64,000 nucleotides of DNA, taken from Planctomycetota bacterium (GTDB lineage: Bacteria > Planctomycetota > B129-G9 > JAJDCN01). The stretch lies in NCBI GenBank assembly GCA_029260815.1, contig JAJDCN010000130.1, positions 929 to 64,928 on the forward strand. Direction: 5' to 3'. The position numbers and the translations under genes are program-made. This document shows, one piece after another, positions 37,953-47,718 of the stretch; within the stretch, counting starts at the first letter, position 1; each line of letters begins with the position of its first letter. The notes under the pieces are model-generated. The model did no database searches. It was not told the DNA's origin and saw nothing but the letters and a program-made list of their open reading frames with translations.

Positions 37953-40026
37953 TCTCAACGACCTGTTTTCTCCGGAAACGATCGCCGTCGTGGGAGCCTC
38001 CCGCAACGAAGCGAAGCTCGGCCACAAACTTCTGAACAACGTTATCGAAGCCGGCTTTTCCGGAGACTTGGTTCCGATCAACCCGGCCGGCGGGGAGATC
38101 CTCGGCCGCGAGGTGAAGAAGTCCTTGATGGAGATCGGCAAACCCATCGACCTGTGCCTGATCTCCATCCCCAACGAACACGTGGTCTCGGCCGTCTCCG
38201 AAGCCGCCGCGGCCAACGTTCGCACGGCGGTGGTTTTGTCCTCCGGCTTCGGCGAGGCGGGCGAAGCGGGGCGCGCCATGCAGGCGGAGCTGGCCGCGAT
38301 CCTGGAAGACACGCAGATGCGCCTGATCGGACCAAACTGCATGGGTCTCATTGATCGACACCACGCGCTCAACGCCAGCTATTTCTGGGACATTCAGACC
38401 GAGCCGGGCGACATTAGCTTCGTTTCCCAGTCGGGCGCCTACGGTGGTATTTTGTTTCGTGAGATCGCCGCGCGGGGACTGGGTCTGGCAAAGTTCGCCA
38501 GTATCGGGAACCAGTTAAACGTGGAGCACGCGGATCTGCTGGAGGTTCTGGCCGACGATGACGACACGCGCGTGATCGCGCTCTTCGTGGAACAGATCAA
38601 AGACGGCACGCGATTCATCGAAGCCGCCGCGCGCGCCGCCGCGCACAAGCCGGTAATCGCACTGAAGGCAGGCCGGACCGACGCGGGCCATCGGGCCGCG
38701 CTGTCTCACACCGGATCCATGGCCGGAACGTTCGATATCTATCGGGCGGCCATGAAAAAAGCGGGTGTCCTGCTGTTTACCGACACCGATGCCTTCTTCG
38801 ATGCGGCGGCGGTCCTGTCTCATTCCGGCTCGGCCCTGCCGACCAACGACGCAGTGGCGATCTTGACCATCTCCGGCGGGCCCTCCGTGGCCGCGGCGGA
38901 CCGGGCGGAGGAGATCGGACTGCACGTGCCGCCGCTCTCCGATGCGTTGCAGGAAAAACTTTGCGGCCTCATTCCCGCCTTTGGGGCTGCGGGCAACCCG
39001 GTGGACATGACGCCGCAGATCGACCCAGCGCAGTACGGCGCGTGCGTACGCGAAGTCTATGCCGCTGGCGAAGTCGGGGGTGTGATCGCCATCAACGTGG
39101 GTCTGGACAGCGTCGAATTCGGCGAGGCCTTTGCCAGGGCCCAAGTGGAAACCGGCTTGCCCACGGTCTCCTTTGTCGTGGATGCGCCGTTGATCGCCGC
39201 GTCTTTCGCTCGACAGAAGATTCCGAACTTTCCGACACCAGAGCGCGCGATCAGCGCTTACAAGGCCTTGACGGACTACCGGCGCGTGCACGAATCTTTC
39301 AGCAAGCCGTGTACATCCAGGGTGGCGCCGACCCGGTCGCGAGCCCTGACTCAGGCGATCTCCATCGCGGCTCCGCTGCCGCCGGGACGACCCTACGCGT
39401 TTGACGAACATCTCTCGAAACAGATCCTGGCGGAATATGGGATCGAGATTGTCGAAGAGAAATTGGTGGAGAACATCAAGGAAGCGGTGGATTGCGCCCG
39501 GTTCATCGGATACCCGGTGGCCTTGAAGATTTGCGTGCCGGGCATTGTTCACAAGACCGACGCCGACGGGCTTGCCCTGAACCTGCACAACGAAAAAGAG
39601 CTGCGCGAAGCCTTCCGCGTGATGGAAGACCGGTTTGGGACCGGGCGACAGTACGTGATTCAACGGATGCTGGCGCCCGGGCGCGAGATCCTGATCGGTG
39701 GCGGACACGATGAGGTCTTTGGCAAAACGATCACCGTGGGGATCGGGGGGACTCTCACGGAGATCATCCATGATACAGTAACGCGGATCTGTCCGATCAG
39801 CGACATCGAAGCGGAGGAGATGCTCCAGGAGCTGCGCGGGTCGCAGATCTTCGGCGAGTTCCGTGGCAAGCCGCCGGTGCAGCGAAAGCGGGTCATCGAC
39901 GCCCTGACGAACCTGTCGGATCTGCTGATGGGCAACGAGCGAATCCTGGAGATCGACGTCAATCCGGTCATCGTCACCGAAGAGGATCTGATCGCGGTCG
40001 ATGCCCTGGTGGTAATCGAAAACTAG
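37942..40026 (+). CDS. ADP-forming acyl-CoA synthetase (acetate--CoA ligase [ADP-forming] family, fused alpha/beta)
   Basis: Has a GTG start overlapping the large-subunit stop. Carries a CoA-binding domain ('IAVVGASRNEAKLGHKLLNN'), a succinyl-CoA-synthetase-like ligase domain with catalytic His region ('ALSHTGSMAG') and a C-terminal ATP-grasp domain. Confidence 0.8.
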   Translation: MSRNLNDLFSPETIAVVGASRNEAKLGHKLLNNVIEAGFSGDLVPINPAGGEILGREVKKSLMEIGKPIDLCLISIPNEHVVSAVSEAAAANVRTAVVLSSGFGEAGEAGRAMQAELAAILEDTQMRLIGPNCMGLIDRHHALNASYFWDIQTEPGDISFVSQSGAYGGILFREIAARGLGLAKFASIGNQLNVEHADLLEVLADDDDTRVIALFVEQIKDGTRFIEAAARAAAHKPVIALKAGRTDAGHRAALSHTGSMAGTFDIYRAAMKKAGVLLFTDTDAFFDAAAVLSHSGSALPTNDAVAILTISGGPSVAAADRAEEIGLHVPPLSDALQEKLCGLIPAFGAAGNPVDMTPQIDPAQYGACVREVYAAGEVGGVIAINVGLDSVEFGEAFARAQVETGLPTVSFVVDAPLIAASFARQKIPNFPTPERAISAYKALTDYRRVHESFSKPCTSRVAPTRSRALTQAISIAAPLPPGRPYAFDEHLSKQILAEYGIEIVEEKLVENIKEAVDCARFIGYPVALKICVPGIVHKTDADGLALNLHNEKELREAFRVMEDRFGTGRQYVIQRMLAPGREILIGGGHDEVFGKTITVGIGGTLTEIIHDTVTRICPISDIEAEEMLQELRGSQIFGEFRGKPPVQRKRVIDALTNLSDLLMGNERILEIDVNPVIVTEEDLIAVDALVVIEN

Positions 40027-40034
40027 GGGTTCCG

Positions 40035-40463
40035 ATGACACACTTCAAGCACGTGGAACGGGTGGCCATCGCGGTCGAGTCGATCGAAAAGGCACAGGCT
40101 TTTTTCGAGAAACTGGGCGCGCAATTCCAACCGGAAGAAACCATCGACGAAGTGAAGCTGCGCTACCGTCCGTTCAAGATCGGCCCCAGCACCCTGGAGC
40201 TGTTGGAGAGCACCGAGAAAGACAGCGTTATCGACCGGTTCATTCAAACCCGCGGCGAAGGCGTCCATCATGTGACCCTGGAGGTCGACGACCTGGACGC
40301 GGCGATTGCCGATTGTGAGTCGAAGGGAATTGCCATCGCGCACCGGATCGATTATCCGGCGGAAACGCAATTTGAGGGCTACCACTGGCGGGAGGCGTTT
40401 ATCCACCCCAAAGACGCTTTTGGGGTCCTGATTCATCTGGCGGAAAAGAAAAAGGTATCGTAA
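40035..40463 (+). CDS. VOC-family protein, probable methylmalonyl-CoA epimerase-like
   Basis: 142 aa with a glyoxalase/VOC fold ('HVERVAIAV', 'GVHHVTLEVDD'). Calling it an epimerase is inferred from its CoA-pathway neighbours. Confidence 0.65.
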   Translation: MTHFKHVERVAIAVESIEKAQAFFEKLGAQFQPEETIDEVKLRYRPFKIGPSTLELLESTEKDSVIDRFIQTRGEGVHHVTLEVDDLDAAIADCESKGIAIAHRIDYPAETQFEGYHWREAFIHPKDAFGVLIHLAEKKKVS

Positions 40464-40467
40464 GGTC

Positions 40468-41607
40468 GTGGACTTCCGGCTCACCGAAGAACAGGAGATC
40501 CTCAAGAAGTCGGTCGCCGATTTCGTGGACGCCGAGGTCGCGCCCATCGCCGCCGAGTTAGATGAGAAGGGCGAGTTTCCCCACGACCTGTTCCGGCGGA
40601 TGGGCGAAATGGGCTATTACGGCTTGCGCTACCCGGAGAGCTACGGCGGCTCGGGGCTGGACTCGTTGACCTATTGCGTGATGATCGAAGAGATCGCTCG
40701 CGGTTCCCTGTCGGTGGCGGCCACCTGCGCCATGCAGTCGTTGATGGGCACCTACTTTGTCTTTCGCTTTGGCACGGAAGAACAGAAACAGCGACTGCTG
40801 GTCTCAGCCCTGCGAGGCGAAAAACTGGGGACCTTCGGCATGACGGAGGCGAACGCGGGCAGCGACATCTCCGCCATGGAAACCACGGCCGTGCGGGACG
40901 GTGAGGACTACGTGCTCAACGGCTCGAAGATGTGGTTGACCTCCGGCACGGTGGCGGACTTCTTCACGATCGCCGCGGTAACGGACAAACAGAAAGGCGC
41001 CGATGGGTTCTCGCTGTTCCTGATCGAAAAGGGCACGCCCGGGTTCAACGTGGGCAAGAAGATCGACAAGCTCGGTGTCCGGGCCTCGGAAACCACGGAA
41101 TTGTCCCTGGACGACTGCCACGTCCCGGCGGGCAACCTCTTGGGCGAAGAGAACGCGGGCTACGACTGCCTGAAAGAGATCCTGTGCGAGATTCGGACCA
41201 TGACCGGCGCGCTATCGTTGGGCCTGGCCCGCGCGGCGCTGGCCGAAGCGTTGCGCTATTCGCAGGAACGCAAGCAGTTCGGCAAGCCGATCGGTCGTTT
41301 CCAGGCGATCCAGTTCAAGCTGGCCGAGATGGCCACGCGGATCGAATCGGCGCGCCATTTGGTGAACCACGCGGCGTGGCTCGCCGACAACGGCCTGCCG
41401 AACACCAAACAGGCCGCCATGGCCAAGCTGGTTGCCTCGGAGGCGGCGGTCTTTGTGGCCGATGAGGCCTCGCGGATCTTCGCGTCCTACGGGTTCGCCA
41501 TGGAATATCCGGTCCAGCGCTACCTGCGGGACGCGCGGTTTTTGTTGATCGGCGGCGGAACCTCTGAAATATTGAACGTGATTATTGCCAAGGAAATTGG
41601 AGCGTAG
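40468..41607 (+). CDS. Acyl-CoA dehydrogenase
   Basis: 379 aa (GTG start). 'FGMTEANAGSD' and the C-terminal 'YxxxxxEGTSEIxxxxIA' region ('IGGGTSEILNVIIAKEI') are ACAD signatures. Confidence 0.85.
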   Translation: MDFRLTEEQEILKKSVADFVDAEVAPIAAELDEKGEFPHDLFRRMGEMGYYGLRYPESYGGSGLDSLTYCVMIEEIARGSLSVAATCAMQSLMGTYFVFRFGTEEQKQRLLVSALRGEKLGTFGMTEANAGSDISAMETTAVRDGEDYVLNGSKMWLTSGTVADFFTIAAVTDKQKGADGFSLFLIEKGTPGFNVGKKIDKLGVRASETTELSLDDCHVPAGNLLGEENAGYDCLKEILCEIRTMTGALSLGLARAALAEALRYSQERKQFGKPIGRFQAIQFKLAEMATRIESARHLVNHAAWLADNGLPNTKQAAMAKLVASEAAVFVADEASRIFASYGFAMEYPVQRYLRDARFLLIGGGTSEILNVIIAKEIGA

Positions 41608-41622
41608 AAAGGAGCAAAGCAG

Positions 41623-42072
41623 ATGGCCTATCAGTGGAAAGGGCTGAAGTTTTCGCAGTTCGAGATGGGGCAGGCCTATACCACCGCCTCGCGGACGATC
41701 ACCGAAGCGGACATCGTCAACTTCGCCGGGATCTCGGGAGATTATTACCCGTTGCACACCAACGAGGAATTCGCCAAGGAGACGCCGTTTAAGACGCGCA
41801 TCGGACACGGCGCGCTCAGCTTCGCCGTGGCAACCGGACTGGGCAACCAGTTGGGTATCTTCGAAGGGACGACCCTGGCGTTGATGTCCACGCTGACCAA
41901 GTACACCGGCGCCGTGCTCCCGGGCGATACGGTCACCATGACGATGACGGTAAAGGAAACCAAACCCTCCTCCAAAGGCGGTCGGGGCGTCGTGACGTTC
42001 ACCACCGTGCTGAACAAGCAGACCGGCGATCAGGTCTTCGAAGGGGAATGGGTACTGATGATGAGAGACTAG
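41623..42072 (+). CDS. MaoC-like (R)-specific enoyl-CoA hydratase / hot-dog fold dehydratase
   Basis: 149 aa. 'DYYPLHTNEEFAKETPFKTRIGHGAL' is the MaoC dehydratase motif. Confidence 0.8.
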   Translation: MAYQWKGLKFSQFEMGQAYTTASRTITEADIVNFAGISGDYYPLHTNEEFAKETPFKTRIGHGALSFAVATGLGNQLGIFEGTTLALMSTLTKYTGAVLPGDTVTMTMTVKETKPSSKGGRGVVTFTTVLNKQTGDQVFEGEWVLMMRD

Positions 42073-42082
42073 GAGAAGAACC

Positions 42083-42823
42083 ATGCAAGAACATCTGAAA
42101 GACAAAGTCGCGATCATCACCGGCGCCGCCGGCGGGATCGGGTCGGCAACCGCCCAGCGGTTTGTCGAAGAAGGAGCGAAAGTTGTACTGGCTGATTTTG
42201 ACCTGGAGGGGGCGCAAAAAGTCGCCACCGAATTGGGCGACAACGCCGTGGCCGTCCAGGTGGACGTATCGGACAAGGACTCCGTGGTGGCGATGGTCCA
42301 GACCGCTGCGGAAAAATTCGGCACGGTCCACATCCTGATCAACAACGCCGGCATCGCTCGGGACGCGTTCTGTAAAAAAATGAGCGTGGAGCAGTGGGAC
42401 CAAGTGGTCAACGTGAACATGAAGGGCACGTTCCTATGCTGCCAGGCGGTCATCCCGATCTTCGCGGAGAATAAAGGCGGCAAGATCGTCAACACCGCGT
42501 CCATTGGCGCCCTGGGCAACATGGGGCAGACCAACTACTCCGCGAGCAAGGCGGGGATCATCGGCATGACCAAGACCCTGGCGCTGGAATTGGCGCGAGA
42601 CGGCGTGAACGTCAACTGCGTTTCGCCCGGCGCCACGGACACGCAACTGTTCGACGGCGTGCCTGAGGAGATCAAAGATGGAATCAAATCGAAAATCCCG
42701 TTTCGTCGCTTTGCCCAACCGATCGACATCGCGAACCTGCACGCGTTCCTGGTGTCGGACGGGGCGGCGTATATTACCGGTCAGACGATCTTTTGCGACG
42801 GTGGCATTTCCGTCGGGATCTGA
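42083..42823 (+). CDS. SDR-family oxidoreductase (3-oxoacyl-reductase / 3-hydroxyacyl-CoA dehydrogenase-like)
   Basis: 246 aa with 'TGAAGGIGSA' (TGxxxGxG), 'NNAG' and a catalytic 'YSASKAG' YxxxK motif. Confidence 0.85.
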   Translation: MQEHLKDKVAIITGAAGGIGSATAQRFVEEGAKVVLADFDLEGAQKVATELGDNAVAVQVDVSDKDSVVAMVQTAAEKFGTVHILINNAGIARDAFCKKMSVEQWDQVVNVNMKGTFLCCQAVIPIFAENKGGKIVNTASIGALGNMGQTNYSASKAGIIGMTKTLALELARDGVNVNCVSPGATDTQLFDGVPEEIKDGIKSKIPFRRFAQPIDIANLHAFLVSDGAAYITGQTIFCDGGISVGI

Positions 42824-42873
42824 TCGCCGGGACACAAAGAAAAGCAAGTGTCAGCAACAGGAGCAATGCGCGT

Positions 42874-43440
42874 ATGTCAATTGAAACGGTCCACGCGAAG
42901 CGTGGGATGGTGCTGGAACTAAGCGGTGTACTGTACCGGGTGGTGGATACCGAATTCCGCAAGCCGGGCAAGGGCCGCGCCCACATGACGTTGAAGCTGA
43001 AGAACCTCGGCAGCGGGGCGATCGCCGATCAGCGATTCAGCCCGGACGACAAAGTGGAACTGGCCCACATCGACAAGCGGCAGATGGAGTATCTGTATAA
43101 GGAGTCCAACGGTTACGTCTTTATGGATACCGAGACCTACGACCAGCGGACCATCGAGTCGGACTTTATCGGCGACGATATCCTGTACCTGTTGCCCAAT
43201 GCGCAAGTGCAGGTGCAGATGTATCAGGAAAGGATCCTCGGGATCGAACTGCCGAGTTCGGTGGAGCTGGAGGTCAAAGAAACCGACCCCGCGCTCAAGG
43301 GCGCCACGGTTCAGGCGCAGACTAAACCAGCGACGATGGAGACGGGGCTGGTCATCCAGGTGCCGTCCTTCATCGAACCGGGCGAGGTCATCCAGGTGGA
43401 CACCTCCGAGGGTCGCTACGTCAGTCGGGTGAATAAGTAG
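42874..43440 (+). CDS. efp: Elongation factor P
   Basis: 188 aa from MSIETV. 'KPGKGRAHM' carries the modifiable Lys/Arg loop. Three OB-like domains. Confidence 0.9.
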   Translation: MSIETVHAKRGMVLELSGVLYRVVDTEFRKPGKGRAHMTLKLKNLGSGAIADQRFSPDDKVELAHIDKRQMEYLYKESNGYVFMDTETYDQRTIESDFIGDDILYLLPNAQVQVQMYQERILGIELPSSVELEVKETDPALKGATVQAQTKPATMETGLVIQVPSFIEPGEVIQVDTSEGRYVSRVNK

Positions 43441-44368
43441 GCGCGTCCCCGACCGGTTCCGGCTGCAGGTTGCAGTGGGTGATGTGATGTTCGCTGTCGA
43501 GCCGGCCGGCGATCCGGTCCAGGATCGCGTACGCCTCCGAAAGCGGCACGTTTTCCAGCGCCACGTGCGCCGTCAGGGAATACATCTTCGATGTGATCTG
43601 CCAGATGTGCAGGTCGTGGACGTGACGAACGCCCTCGACCGACAGGATCGTCGCTTCCACGCGGTCGATCGCCACGTCCTTCGGCACTGCCTCCAGCAGG
43701 ATGTTCACGGACTCCCGGATCAGAGAGACTGACCAAGCAAGGATGACCAGCCCGATCAACACCGAGGCGATGGGATCCAGCACTGTCCAGCCGGTCAGTT
43801 GAATCCCCACCGCCGCGATTACCACACCGACCGAAGAGAACGTATCGCCGAGCATGTGGATGAAGGCCCCGCGGATGTTCAAATCGCCCTTGACCGAACC
43901 GTATAAGATCCCGGCGGAGACCAGGTTGACGACCAGGCCCATCACCGCGACGATCAACATCCAGGTATAATCGACCGCCGGCTTCTCCACGAGCCGCTGG
44001 TAAGCCTCGTAGAGGATGTAGCCGATGATCGGCAGCAGCGTGACCCCGTTGAACAATGCGGAGAGGATTTCGATTCGCCAATAGCCGAAGGTCTTCTCCG
44101 GATGTTTGCGTCGCGTGGCAATTACGATGGCAAGATAGCTGACGGCCAGAGAGCCCGCGTGAGTCAGCATGTGAAATCCATCGGACAACAGGGCCAGGGA
44201 GCCGGTAAGAACCCCCGCGACGATCTCTGCCACCATCATTGTGGCCGTCAGGAGGATCACTGCGCGCAGCCGCTTGCGCTCCGCGTGCCGATGGACGTGG
44301 GTATGGCGATGGGGCCCGATGTGTTCGTGGGCGTGTCCCGCCTCTTTGGGATGGTGATCGTGCTCCAT
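43421..44368 (-). CDS. Cation diffusion facilitator family transporter (CzcD/ZitB-like)
   Basis: 315 aa with a His-rich N-terminus, six TM helices, a 'HMLTHAG' and 'HMLGD' metal site A, and a C-terminal cytoplasmic domain ('HVHDLHIWQITS'). Confidence 0.85.
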   Translation of the reverse strand: MEHDHHPKEAGHAHEHIGPHRHTHVHRHAERKRLRAVILLTATMMVAEIVAGVLTGSLALLSDGFHMLTHAGSLAVSYLAIVIATRRKHPEKTFGYWRIEILSALFNGVTLLPIIGYILYEAYQRLVEKPAVDYTWMLIVAVMGLVVNLVSAGILYGSVKGDLNIRGAFIHMLGDTFSSVGVVIAAVGIQLTGWTVLDPIASVLIGLVILAWSVSLIRESVNILLEAVPKDVAIDRVEATILSVEGVRHVHDLHIWQITSKMYSLTAHVALENVPLSEAYAILDRIAGRLDSEHHITHCNLQPEPVGDAPTYSPD

Positions 44369-44505
44369 GCACGTATTCTACCGGAGCGCCGCTGGCTGTA
44401 AAGAGAAACCCGTGATCGCTTGCCATCCGGTCTTTCTTGCGGTATCATGCATTGACCGAACAGTTGTGCATATCCACCGTCCACATGGAAGGAGGCCACG
44501 CCGGC

Positions 44506-44814
44506 ATGGAAAAAACAAGCCCGCACATGGCCAAACATATATTCGTCTGCGGCAACCAGCGAGCGCCGGAGATGCCGAAGCGCTGCTGCGGTGAAGACGG
44601 GCAGAAGATCCGCGCCGTGCTCAAACAGCGCGTCGAAGAGATGGGCCTCAAGGAAAAGATCCGCGTCTCACTGACCGGGTGCCTCAGCCCTTGCGAAGCG
44701 GGGCCCAACGTCATGATCTATCCGGACAATGTCTGGTACAAGCACGTTTCTCTGGCCGACGTGGACGAAATCATTCGTCAGCAGGTCGAGCCCTATCTTC
44801 AGGACGACACCTAG
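44506..44814 (+). CDS. Thioredoxin-like [2Fe-2S] ferredoxin
   Basis: 'HIFVCGNQR...CCGEDG...LTGCLSPCEAGPNVMIYPD' is the NuoE/thioredoxin-like ferredoxin family pattern. The start is ambiguous (44506 or 44527). Confidence 0.65.
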   Translation: MEKTSPHMAKHIFVCGNQRAPEMPKRCCGEDGQKIRAVLKQRVEEMGLKEKIRVSLTGCLSPCEAGPNVMIYPDNVWYKHVSLADVDEIIRQQVEPYLQDDT

Positions 44815-44849
44815 TCTTTTTGCGTGCTCCGCACGCAGGATATAAACCT

Positions 44850-47699
44850 ATGGCCGCCGTGGCCTTCTCCGATCTCCGCGACGCAATCGAAGGGGAACTC
44901 CTTTTCGATGAAATTACCCGTGCGCTATATGCCACGGACGCCTCCATCTACCGGATCCTCCCCGCGGCCGTGGCTTTGCCCAAAACTACCGCCGACGTCC
45001 AGCAGATCGTCCGCTTCGCCCTCGACGGCGGCCTTTCGGTCGTGCCCCGGGGCGGGGGTAGCGGACTGGCTGGCGAGGCGGTGGGGCCGGGAATCGTCAT
45101 TGATTTCTCCCGCTTCATGCATCGCAAGATCGAAATCCATCCGCACGATCGGACCGTGACCGTCCAGGCCGGAGTCGTCCTGTCCCGGATGAACAAGGCC
45201 CTGGCAGAGCACGGGTTGACCTTCGGTCCGGACCCCGCCAGCGCCGACCGCTGCACGATCGGCGGCATGATCGCCAACAACTCCACCGGCGCACACTCTA
45301 TCAAGTACGGCTGTACCCGCGAGCAGATCGTGCGCCTCAAGTTGGTCCTGGCCAATGGTACTTGCGTGGAAGTGGGAGAGGGTCTGCCCGTTCCCGAATC
45401 CATGCGCGCTCTGGACGAAGCGCTTCGGAAGCGCCTCATCCGCGACGCGGCGTTGATCGAAACCCATACGCCAAAGGTTGGGCGCAACCGCAGCGGCTAT
45501 CTGCTGGACGGTATTCTGGACGGCGATCGGGTCGACTATCCGCGCCTCTTGGCCGCCAGCGAAGGAACCCTGGCGATTGTGACCGAGGCAACGCTGCGAG
45601 TCGTGGCGCTGCCCAAGGCCAAGGGCATCGTCGTCCTGGGCTTCGGGTCTTTGGACGCCGCGGCGCGGGCGGTGGTGGACGTGTTGGAAGATCAACCCAG
45701 TACGGTGGAGATGATCGACGACAAGGTTATCGATATCGGTACCGAACTGACCGAGCGGTTTGGACAACTCATCCCGGCCGAGGCCCGCTTCGTACTCGTC
45801 GTCGAGCGCGACGGCGAAACGGCCGCCGAAGTGCAAAAAAAGCTGGCGCAGACGTCTCGCCGCGTGGCCGGTACCGGTAGCGTGATCGTGGAAGACGCTT
45901 CGGACCAGGATCTAATCTGGGCCACGCGCAACGCGGCGGAGCCGCTGCTGTATCGCAAGCGTTGGCCGCTACAGCCGACTTGCTTCGTGGAAGACGTAGC
46001 GGTCGCACCGGAGAAACTAGCCATTTATTTGGAACGCCAGGGCGACATCCTGGCTAAATACAGCGTGGACTCCGCCTATTACGCGCACGCCGGACACGGC
46101 GAATTGCACGTAAAACCCTATCTAAACTTGCACACTCCCGAAGACCGCAACAAGATGAAAGCGATCGCCGAAGAGGTCCACACGCTGGCGACCGAACTGG
46201 GCGGCACGATCAGCGGAGAACATGGCGAAGGGCTGCTGCGGGCCCAATTCATTCCGCAACAATACGGTGCGCTGTACGACAGCTTTGTGCAGATCAAGAA
46301 CCTGTTCGATCCCCACGGGACCCTCAACCCCGGAAAAAAGATCAACGACACGCCGGACCTGCTGTTGCAAAACCTGCGCGCCGAGTCCGAGCCGAGATTC
46401 CCGCTCCATCAATATCGCTATGAAGCCGAAGGGATCGACGAGATTGTCGATCGATGCAACGGCTGCGCGGCCTGCCGGACGCAGGAGAGTAAGTTCGACA
46501 TGTGTCCCATCTTCAAGGTCGTCGGTGACGAGACGGCCGCGCCGCGGGCCAAGGCGAACCTGATGCGCGAACTGCTCAGCGGCAATCTGGACCCTACGAC
46601 TGTTCGCACCCACCGCTTCAAGGAGGTCGCGCATCTGTGCGTCAACTGCAAGATGTGCCACCTGGAATGCCCCAGCGGCGTGGACATCCCAAAGCTCATG
46701 CTCGACGCCAAGGCCATGCACGTGGAGCAGATGGGATTGACCGTTGCCGAGCGACTGCTCATTCACACCGAAGGTTTTGCCCGGACCGCGCGCTGGATTG
46801 CGCCGCTGGTGAATTGGGGCGCGCGGGTGCCTCTGTTCCGAGCCGCCGCGCAAAAGGTCACCGGCATTGACCGCCGCCGTCGATTGCCGGCGTTTTCTTC
46901 CAAGCCCTTTCTCGCGCGCAAGCGGAAGACGTCTTCGAGCACGTCGGAGCGAAAGGTTGCGTACTTTGTGGACCTCTACGCCAATTACAACGACCCGGCC
47001 CTTGCGGAAGATTTAGTTTCGGTATTGGAACACAATGGTGTGCAGGTTGTCGTCCCGGAGGCCCAGGTCGGCTGCGGGATGCCGGCGATCGACAACGGCG
47101 ACCTGAAGAGCGCCCGCCACGCGATCGATGCCAATCTGAATGCCCTTGCCCGCTACGTGGAAGAAGGCTATACTGTCGTGAGCGCCGAGCCCACCGCGAC
47201 GCTCACCCTCAAAGAGGAGTACGGGTCGATTGCGGACGATCCTCGGGCCGGGGCTTTGGCCAATGCGGCCGTGGACGTGTGCGATTACCTGTGGGAGATG
47301 CACAAGTCCGGGACGTTGAAGGAAGACTTCCGCGAAATCCGGATGACCTTGGGCTACCATGCCCCGTGCCACCTGAAGGCGCTCCAGATCGGCCGCCCGG
47401 GAATGGAGTTGGTTCGATTGATTCCCGGTGTGCAAGTGGAGACGATCGACGAGGGGTGTTGCGGGATCGCGGGCACCTATGGTTTCAAACAATCGGGTTA
47501 CGACAATTCGATGAAGATCGGGGCCGGCCTGTTCGGTGCGCTTGCCAAGAGCGACATTCGGTCGGGCCTGACCGAATGCAGTACGTGTAAGATGCAGATG
47601 GAGCAGGGTGCGGGCAAACGCACGCTCCATCCGATTACCGTCCTGGCCGCGGGTTACGGTCTTCGGACGCTTGAGATCGACGGGTGGGCCGTCGGGTGA
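44850..47699 (+). CDS. Fused FAD-binding oxidase / (Fe-S) CCG-domain oxidoreductase (GlcD-GlcF-like, D-2-hydroxyacid dehydrogenase family)
   Basis: 949 aa from MAAVAF. Has FAD_binding_4 ('VVPRGGGSGLAGEAVG') and an FAD-oxidase C-terminal domain, followed by two 4Fe-4S CxxCxxCxxxCP motifs ('CNGCAACRTQ', 'CVNCKMCHLECP') and CCG cysteine-rich domains. Confidence 0.85.
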   Translation: MAAVAFSDLRDAIEGELLFDEITRALYATDASIYRILPAAVALPKTTADVQQIVRFALDGGLSVVPRGGGSGLAGEAVGPGIVIDFSRFMHRKIEIHPHDRTVTVQAGVVLSRMNKALAEHGLTFGPDPASADRCTIGGMIANNSTGAHSIKYGCTREQIVRLKLVLANGTCVEVGEGLPVPESMRALDEALRKRLIRDAALIETHTPKVGRNRSGYLLDGILDGDRVDYPRLLAASEGTLAIVTEATLRVVALPKAKGIVVLGFGSLDAAARAVVDVLEDQPSTVEMIDDKVIDIGTELTERFGQLIPAEARFVLVVERDGETAAEVQKKLAQTSRRVAGTGSVIVEDASDQDLIWATRNAAEPLLYRKRWPLQPTCFVEDVAVAPEKLAIYLERQGDILAKYSVDSAYYAHAGHGELHVKPYLNLHTPEDRNKMKAIAEEVHTLATELGGTISGEHGEGLLRAQFIPQQYGALYDSFVQIKNLFDPHGTLNPGKKINDTPDLLLQNLRAESEPRFPLHQYRYEAEGIDEIVDRCNGCAACRTQESKFDMCPIFKVVGDETAAPRAKANLMRELLSGNLDPTTVRTHRFKEVAHLCVNCKMCHLECPSGVDIPKLMLDAKAMHVEQMGLTVAERLLIHTEGFARTARWIAPLVNWGARVPLFRAAAQKVTGIDRRRRLPAFSSKPFLARKRKTSSSTSERKVAYFVDLYANYNDPALAEDLVSVLEHNGVQVVVPEAQVGCGMPAIDNGDLKSARHAIDANLNALARYVEEGYTVVSAEPTATLTLKEEYGSIADDPRAGALANAAVDVCDYLWEMHKSGTLKEDFREIRMTLGYHAPCHLKALQIGRPGMELVRLIPGVQVETIDEGCCGIAGTYGFKQSGYDNSMKIGAGLFGALAKSDIRSGLTECSTCKMQMEQGAGKRTLHPITVLAAGYGLRTLEIDGWAVG

Positions 47700-47718
47700 C
47701 AAAGGGAGACGGAGAAAT

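Noticed and set aside
38515-40041. 508-aa ORF on the minus strand
   Set aside because: Antisense to the ADP-forming acyl-CoA synthetase. No motifs, and Arg/Asp/Gly-rich.
41212-42534. 440-aa ORF on the minus strand
   Set aside because: Antisense to the ACAD/MaoC/SDR genes, which have clear family signatures. A GC-driven open frame.
44925-45836. 303-aa ORF on the minus strand
   Set aside because: Antisense to the FAD/Fe-S oxidoreductase N-terminal domain.
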